Source: Candidatus Gottesmanbacteria bacterium (GTDB taxonomy: Bacteria; Patescibacteriota; Microgenomatia; UBA10105). Taken from it: DNA of 64,000 nt. Positions 58,659 to 64,000 of this stretch are shown here, piece after piece. The stretch covers positions 32,902-96,901 of the forward strand of contig JAHFKJ010000001.1 of NCBI GenBank assembly GCA_023245415.1, read 5' to 3'. The position numbers were made by a program, and so were the translations under genes. The first letter of the stretch is position 1; each line of letters begins with the position of its first letter. The notes beneath the pieces were generated by a model, which did no database searches, was not told the DNA's origin, and was given only the letters and a program-made list of their open reading frames with translations.

Positions 58659-59876
58659 GTGCTTAATAAAATTAAATCGCATATCAGAAACAATTCCATA
58701 TTTTGGGTAATAATTGTACTCGGAATATGTGTAAGAATTTTATTAAATAGTGCAGTAGATTCGTTCGATTTTCATGCTTTTGTCATGTGGGCTAACTATC
58801 TAACTGTGCATCGTATTGCTGATGCGTTTACCTATCTTCCTGAAGGTTACACTCCCTATCCGCCGCTATATTATTATATTCTGTGGTTTTTAGGTCGAAC
58901 TATAAGTTTTTTGGGTGTTTGGGAAAATAAATGGCTGACCTATCTCATAATCAGAATACCGGTAATTGCTGCAGATACCTTAATCGCATACTTGATCTAT
59001 TTATTTACTCAAAAAAACATGTCCAAAAAGGAGGCTATAATTGCAGTTATATTTTATTTTCTGCATCCGGCAGTAATTTATAATACTTCAATTTGGGGTC
59101 AGATTGATGCAATCGTGACATTATTGGGCTTTTTAAGCGTGGTTGCCTTTTTGTCTAAGCAAAATTTTTGGGGAATAGGTCTTTATATACTAGGTGTGAT
59201 TACTAAATTGCAGATTCTTGCACTGCTCCCACTGATAGTATTTTTAAGTTTGAATAAAAAGCCGGGAATTCATAAGTTTTTTACATCACTGCTGGTTTGG
59301 GGTGCTATCGCATTTTTACCCTTTGTACCAATTGTTTATGTAAACGGATTTAAATGGACTTGGGATTATTTTTTTACTATACCCAACTGGTATGCATATA
59401 CCTCGATATATGCATACAATATCTGGGCGCCATTTGGATTTATAGTATCTGACAACACAAAGTTGTTTGGGCTAATCGCTTATAAATTTATCGGCATCGG
59501 ATTATTTTGGTTTGTAGCTTTTATTATTCTTTATCCATTATTTAAGAAAGTCAATCGTACACCACAAGCGATAATGTACGCAGCATTTTTATTGTGGTTC
59601 GATTTCGCCTTTTTTGCTACCCGCATTCACAGTCGATATCTTATTTATAGTTTCGGATTTTTCGCGCCATTTAGCGCAAAATTTCCGAAATTAGCTGCAC
59701 TTATCAGTATCATTATGATTGGTAATTTGCTCTTGCCCAATAAAAACGTTGTTTTGTCAGCGTTTGTCTATTGGTTGAATCAACCAATTGTTATTGCAGG
59801 TATAGTTATTTTTGCTTTTTGTATATTTATTTATAGCTATAAACTGTATATAAAAAGGATATTACGTAGAGTATAG
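58659..59876 (+). CDS. Polytopic membrane protein (405 aa), GT-C-like (PMT 'DE-HF'-like loop motif)
   Basis: 'SAVDSFDFHAFVMWANYL' in the first loop region resembles the D-E/D-x-HF motif of PMT-type mannosyltransferases. About 10 or more TM segments. Confidence 0.3.
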   Translation: MLNKIKSHIRNNSIFWVIIVLGICVRILLNSAVDSFDFHAFVMWANYLTVHRIADAFTYLPEGYTPYPPLYYYILWFLGRTISFLGVWENKWLTYLIIRIPVIAADTLIAYLIYLFTQKNMSKKEAIIAVIFYFLHPAVIYNTSIWGQIDAIVTLLGFLSVVAFLSKQNFWGIGLYILGVITKLQILALLPLIVFLSLNKKPGIHKFFTSLLVWGAIAFLPFVPIVYVNGFKWTWDYFFTIPNWYAYTSIYAYNIWAPFGFIVSDNTKLFGLIAYKFIGIGLFWFVAFIILYPLFKKVNRTPQAIMYAAFLLWFDFAFFATRIHSRYLIYSFGFFAPFSAKFPKLAALISIIMIGNLLLPNKNVVLSAFVYWLNQPIVIAGIVIFAFCIFIYSYKLYIKRILRRV

Positions 59877-59902
59877 AATCGGCTTAATCGGTCTCATTAT
59901 CT

Positions 59903-61270
59903 ATGAAATTGCGCCGTACTGATGGATACCACTTCCTTTTTTTAGGAGCATTGTTGATTTTTCATATTTGTCTTCTTCTGCTTACTAAATTTACTGCTTG
60001 GCCGGAAATGCTTATTTATCCATTTTTAATGGAGAAGGGATTTAAATTATATTCAGATATTATTCAACCATACATGCCCATACTGCCATATACGCTTTTG
60101 TACTGGTTTCATCTAAGCGGGTTTTCAGTATGGTCACTTCGCATATTTACGATATTGCTAATACTAATTTCAGATGTTTTATTTATTAAGATCGCCAACA
60201 ATATATTTAAACTGAAGACTTCCTTAACGGCGTTACTGATTTTTATCGGCTTTCAGGTTTATTTTGAAGGTAATGGACTCTGGTTTGATTTATTTGCAAC
60301 TCCGTTTATGCTTTTTTCAGCACTAATCTTCATCAGAGTTAAAACACCTAAATTTTTAGACATAATTTGGATTGGTATATTATTAGGAACGAGCTTTATC
60401 GTAAAACAGTCTACAGCTTGGGTAATATTGGGGATATGTTGTTTGTTGGTGGGAGGAAGAAAAATAAAATTGGTGGGAATAATTTTGTTTGTCTCTCTTA
60501 TTCCGGTTTTCCTGGTAATGGTTATTTTTGGTTTCGTACCAATATATCAATGGGCTTTACATTATCCTTTTTTTGAAATGACTAAATCTCCTGGTTTTAT
60601 GGTTCTTCCTAGTTTTAAACAATTGATTCTTATAATAATATTTTTTTCACCAGTATTTCCAGCTCTATCATCAAAAAATCCCGCGGTACCCGTACTTATA
60701 ACTTTTTTTCTGGGATCTCTTGGTTTTCTAATTCCCCGATTTGCCATGTTTCACTTTCAACCTCTTGTTCCATATTTTGTTTTGTTGCTATGTATCGCTT
60801 TTTCCGAGCATAGTGATAAATTGTTCCGATTATTTATTGGGTTATATATAATATTTTCATTATGCCTGTTAACTAAATTTTTTCTGCAAAACACCCTTCG
60901 TCCAGTGAGATTTTTTGAACCTGAGGTATATGCTTGGGCAGCACTTATAAAGCAAAAAATACCGTCTTCGAAACCAATCTTTTTCTATAACGTTATTGCA
61001 AACGAAATATTATTGACTGGTTTTACTCCAGTTAAACCATGGGTTGACAACTTTCCCTGGTATATGGAAATACCCGGAATACAAAATAGAATTATCGACG
61101 AAATCGAAGTCGAAAGTACCGAATGGGTAATTGCTGCGCCATTTAAGTCAGAGGGGAAGTATGTTCCCGGTTCATATAAACCAGCAGAAATTGACGTATA
61201 TCTTCACCAAAAGTACATCAAAGTAGATAATATTTCACCTGAATTAGAGTTTTGGAAACGCATTCGTTAA
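59903..61270 (+). CDS. Polytopic membrane protein (455 aa) with a C-terminal soluble domain
   Basis: Highly hydrophobic over most of its length. No clear catalytic motif. Confidence 0.3.
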   Translation: MKLRRTDGYHFLFLGALLIFHICLLLLTKFTAWPEMLIYPFLMEKGFKLYSDIIQPYMPILPYTLLYWFHLSGFSVWSLRIFTILLILISDVLFIKIANNIFKLKTSLTALLIFIGFQVYFEGNGLWFDLFATPFMLFSALIFIRVKTPKFLDIIWIGILLGTSFIVKQSTAWVILGICCLLVGGRKIKLVGIILFVSLIPVFLVMVIFGFVPIYQWALHYPFFEMTKSPGFMVLPSFKQLILIIIFFSPVFPALSSKNPAVPVLITFFLGSLGFLIPRFAMFHFQPLVPYFVLLLCIAFSEHSDKLFRLFIGLYIIFSLCLLTKFFLQNTLRPVRFFEPEVYAWAALIKQKIPSSKPIFFYNVIANEILLTGFTPVKPWVDNFPWYMEIPGIQNRIIDEIEVESTEWVIAAPFKSEGKYVPGSYKPAEIDVYLHQKYIKVDNISPELEFWKRIR

Positions 61271-62379
61271 ACTCGCTGAAAAAAACAGGGAGATGTTACA
61301 ATAACAGTGTGAAGATAGCTTTTTTGTCATTTTATAGTGGTCATATAGATCGAGGTGTGGAAGTGGCTGTTTTTGAATTAGCAAAGCGTCTCGGTAGAAG
61401 TCATCGGGTTACACTTTTTCAAGCGGGGAAGCGTCAAGAAGATGATGTATCGACTCTCATTCTGGACGTTGAAAAAAAGTGGCCACAAGATACAAGCGGA
61501 TCAATATTCAGGTTGATTTATTTTGATTATTACAGTCGCAAAATCGCCTGGTTTACACTGAAGTTCTTACCATATTTATTTAACGAGAAGTATGATGTGG
61601 TTATTCCAACAAACGGTGGATGGCAGGTATTATTCTGTCGTTTGGCCACATGGTTTTTAGGTAAGAAGTTGTTAGTTCAAGGAAATGCAGGAATAGGCAG
61701 AGATGATTTTTGGCAACTTCTGATGCACCCTGACGTTTATATCGCGATATCTCCGGCAGGGTATAAATGGGTTCAAAGTAAACTTAGTTGGATAAAAAAA
61801 ACATATATCCCATATGGTGTTGATTGTCAGATGCTTAAATCTATCAAAACCGCAGATATCAAACTTACAAGTCCAATTATTTTATGTGTTTGTGCTTTCT
61901 CGCCATTTAAACGAGTGAGGCTATTAATTGATGCCGTTGCCAAGCTTAAGAACGTAAGTTTATTACTTATAGGTCAAGGCCCCGACGAAGAAACTTTACG
62001 AACTACTGCTAAAAAATTAATCGGCACCAAACGATTTTTAATGTTGACTGGGATTACACACGAAGAATTGTGGCCATATTACAAGGCAGCAGACATTTTT
62101 TCATTACCGAGTTCTAAAACGGAAGCGTTTGGAATTGTACAAATTGAGGCTATGGCCATGGGACTTGCAGTCGTGGCTACTGATGACTTTAATCGTCAAG
62201 AAATTATTGGTGAAGCTGGAATTTTAGTCGATCCAACGAACACCGATGCCTATGCTCAGGCCTTAAGACTTGCTCTGAATGTAGACTTTGGACAAAAACC
62301 GCAAATTCAGGCTCAAAAATTTTCTTGGGACAAAATTATAAGAGACTATAATCAGTTATTAAATCAAATTAAAATATGA
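61252..62379 (+). CDS. GT4-family glycosyltransferase
   Basis: 'LPSSKTEAFGIVQIEAMAMGLAVVATD'. Start uncertain, because the 5' end overlaps the upstream gene. Confidence 0.65.
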   Translation: METHSLNSLKKTGRCYNNSVKIAFLSFYSGHIDRGVEVAVFELAKRLGRSHRVTLFQAGKRQEDDVSTLILDVEKKWPQDTSGSIFRLIYFDYYSRKIAWFTLKFLPYLFNEKYDVVIPTNGGWQVLFCRLATWFLGKKLLVQGNAGIGRDDFWQLLMHPDVYIAISPAGYKWVQSKLSWIKKTYIPYGVDCQMLKSIKTADIKLTSPIILCVCAFSPFKRVRLLIDAVAKLKNVSLLLIGQGPDEETLRTTAKKLIGTKRFLMLTGITHEELWPYYKAADIFSLPSSKTEAFGIVQIEAMAMGLAVVATDDFNRQEIIGEAGILVDPTNTDAYAQALRLALNVDFGQKPQIQAQKFSWDKIIRDYNQLLNQIKI

Positions 62380-63215
62380 AAGTATCTGTAATTATACCTA
62401 GTTTCAATGAGGAACAAAATATTGTCGAGTGTATCACATCTCTTGGGCAGCAAACTAAACCTCATGAACTTATCATCGTTGACGATTGTTCAACAGATGA
62501 TACCGTTGCCACCTTAAAGCGATTACACTTTCTTAATTCAAAATTGGTATTGTTGCAACAAAACCATCTAGGTCCGGGTGCAGCAAGAAATATGGGAGCG
62601 AAACAGTCAACAGGTGAGATTTTGGTTTTTGTTGATGCAGACATGTCGTTTGCTCCAGATTTCCTAGAAGAATTAGTCGGACCAATTGAAGACGCTAGAA
62701 CAAAGGGTACGTTTACGAGAATCGAATATGTAAAAAATTGGGATAATGTTTGGGCTCGTTGCTGGAATTACAATCAGGGCATTAGAATAAATATTCGAAT
62801 ACCCCAAAATTATCCTAATACTTCACCTGTGTTTCGTGCCATCCTCAAATCAGAATTTATTCGAGTCGGTGGATTTGAGCACCATGCAGGTTGGACAGAT
62901 GACTGGTCGTTATCGCAAAAACTTAATTACAAAGCAACAGAAACACCGGCAGTATGTTTTCATATAAACCCAAAAACTTTGATTGAAGTCTTTATTCAGG
63001 CGCGTTGGGTAGGAAAAAATACTTTTATGTCGAGAAATATACTTACTATTTTCATGAGTTTAATAAAGTTTTCATTCCCTGTTTCGTTTTCTGTGGGGAT
63101 TTGCAAAGCAATTATTTATAGGCAGCCAAAATTTCTATTTTTTAAACTCATACATGATTTGGGTATATATTTAGGTCTAACATCTGCTTTGTCCGGTGGG
63201 CACAGAAATAAATGA
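62376..63215 (+). CDS. GT2 (GT-A) glycosyltransferase
   Basis: 'KVSVIIPSFNEEQNIVECITSLGQQTKPHELIIVDDCSTDDT' and 'VFVDADMSFAPDF'. Confidence 0.7.
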   Translation: MKVSVIIPSFNEEQNIVECITSLGQQTKPHELIIVDDCSTDDTVATLKRLHFLNSKLVLLQQNHLGPGAARNMGAKQSTGEILVFVDADMSFAPDFLEELVGPIEDARTKGTFTRIEYVKNWDNVWARCWNYNQGIRINIRIPQNYPNTSPVFRAILKSEFIRVGGFEHHAGWTDDWSLSQKLNYKATETPAVCFHINPKTLIEVFIQARWVGKNTFMSRNILTIFMSLIKFSFPVSFSVGICKAIIYRQPKFLFFKLIHDLGIYLGLTSALSGGHRNK

Positions 63216-64000
63216 ACCTCAAAATAATCATCCGCGATTTACTTCTGATATTGCTTCTCTACTTAGGATTATTAAATGGTACGAATCAAATTGATACGAT
63301 TATCGGATTTATATTGTTTATATATGTGTCAAGTGTGTTATTTCTAGGACTCAGAATTAATTTAATGAAGCGTTGGCTTATTCTTCCATTACTTCTTATG
63401 TTTGTGCTCACGAGCCAGTTAAACAGCTCTAAAATTAAAGATTATTTAAGTCGAGAGCCGATTAATAAGTCATATCGAACTGATATGGATGATTTTTTAA
63501 AAACATTTTATCGTATGAAGCAGGGTGGTGATTATTATTCAAGTTACAAGTACTCAATCGAACAAAATCCTTTCAAGGGTTTAGTTTCAACCAACCTTTG
63601 GTCGTGGAGATTACCCACTCTATTCTTAATTTGGACCTGGTTTACTGGAAAAACTGGTTTATTTATTTACTATTTATTTCTCCTAAATTGTATTGGTGTT
63701 TTATTTTGCAGTTATAAATTAATTGAGAAATTACTTCATCCAAAAGTTCAACATTTTGCAATCCTTGCTCCGTACTTACTCTTTCCTTATTTGCACTTCG
63801 CAAATCGCGATACCACACTTTTGCAATCTGAATGGTGGGGAATGTTTTTTTATATATATGGTGTTTGTTTTCTAATTATAAAAAAGAGAAAAATATCGCT
63901 ACTGTGTTTTGTTCTTGCAATTTTAAGCCGTGAACTTTTTATTTCCCCTTTAGCACTTAGTTTGATGTATAGTTTGTTTTCCGACAGGAAAAACATTTTT
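63212..64000 (+). CDS. 5' portion of a membrane protein; runs off the 3' end of the window. It is absent from the ORF track because it has no stop codon.
   Basis: ATG at 63212 overlaps the upstream stop (ATGA). The frame is open for 263 codons to nt 64000. The translation 'MNLKIIIRDLLLILLLYLGLL...' is hydrophobic with several TM segments. Confidence 0.35.
   Translation, partial: MNLKIIIRDLLLILLLYLGLLNGTNQIDTIIGFILFIYVSSVLFLGLRINLMKRWLILPLLLMFVLTSQLNSSKIKDYLSREPINKSYRTDMDDFLKTFYRMKQGGDYYSSYKYSIEQNPFKGLVSTNLWSWRLPTLFLIWTWFTGKTGLFIYYLFLLNCIGVLFCSYKLIEKLLHPKVQHFAILAPYLLFPYLHFANRDTTLLQSEWWGMFFYIYGVCFLIIKKRKISLLCFVLAILSRELFISPLALSLMYSLFSDRKNIF

Noticed and set aside
1-64000. CRISPR arrays, tRNA or rRNA genes, insertion sequences or integrases, and a prophage or genomic-island boundary.
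   Set aside because: No direct repeat and spacer periodicity is visible. No intergenic segment is long enough for a tRNA with a cloverleaf-compatible sequence, the longest non-coding stretches being about 100-120 nt. No transposase, integrase or recombinase motif appears in any ORF.

Overview
The window is AT-rich (by eye about one-third G+C, not computed) and almost entirely coding. It is a single-theme locus: a very large glycan biosynthesis and glycosylation island of about 60 CDS arranged in blocks on both strands. Many genes share 4-nt ATGA/GTGA start/stop overlaps, which indicates prokaryotic operons.

Nucleotide-sugar tailoring enzymes recognised from motifs:
- Five DegT/DnrJ/EryC1 aminotransferases, one of them the RfbH/E1 type with the PLP lysine replaced by histidine.
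- Five SDR epimerase/dehydratases, including a PseB-like 4,6-dehydratase and a UXS-like enzyme.
- Two Gfo/Idh/MocA oxidoreductases.
- A NeuB/PseI-like nonulosonate synthase and a PseF/NeuA-like cytidylyltransferase.
- A WbuX/HisH/HisF-like acetamidino-forming trio and a formyltransferase-fold protein.
- A hexapeptide-repeat (LbH) acetyltransferase and a GNAT acetyltransferase.
- At least seven SAM methyltransferases, including two paralogous Zn-ribbon C-methyltransferase-like genes and a GT2-methyltransferase fusion.

Transferases and membrane components:
- About eight GT4-like (GT-B fold) glycosyltransferases.
- About eight GT2 (GT-A fold) glycosyltransferases, five or six of which look like DPM1/GtrB/ArnC-type polyprenyl-phosphate sugar synthases.
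- One Wzx-like flippase.
- At least 12 large polytopic membrane proteins. Most carry an ArnT/PMT-like acidic motif (DE, DD or ED) in the first predicted loop, which is GT-C-like, and several sit next to a DPM1-like GT2.

I found no rRNA, tRNA, CRISPR array, transposase or integrase. Canonical Shine-Dalgarno motifs are largely absent. Whether the source is a low-GC uncultivated bacterium or a methanogen-like archaeon cannot be decided from this window. All functional calls come from reading motifs by eye; no database search was run.
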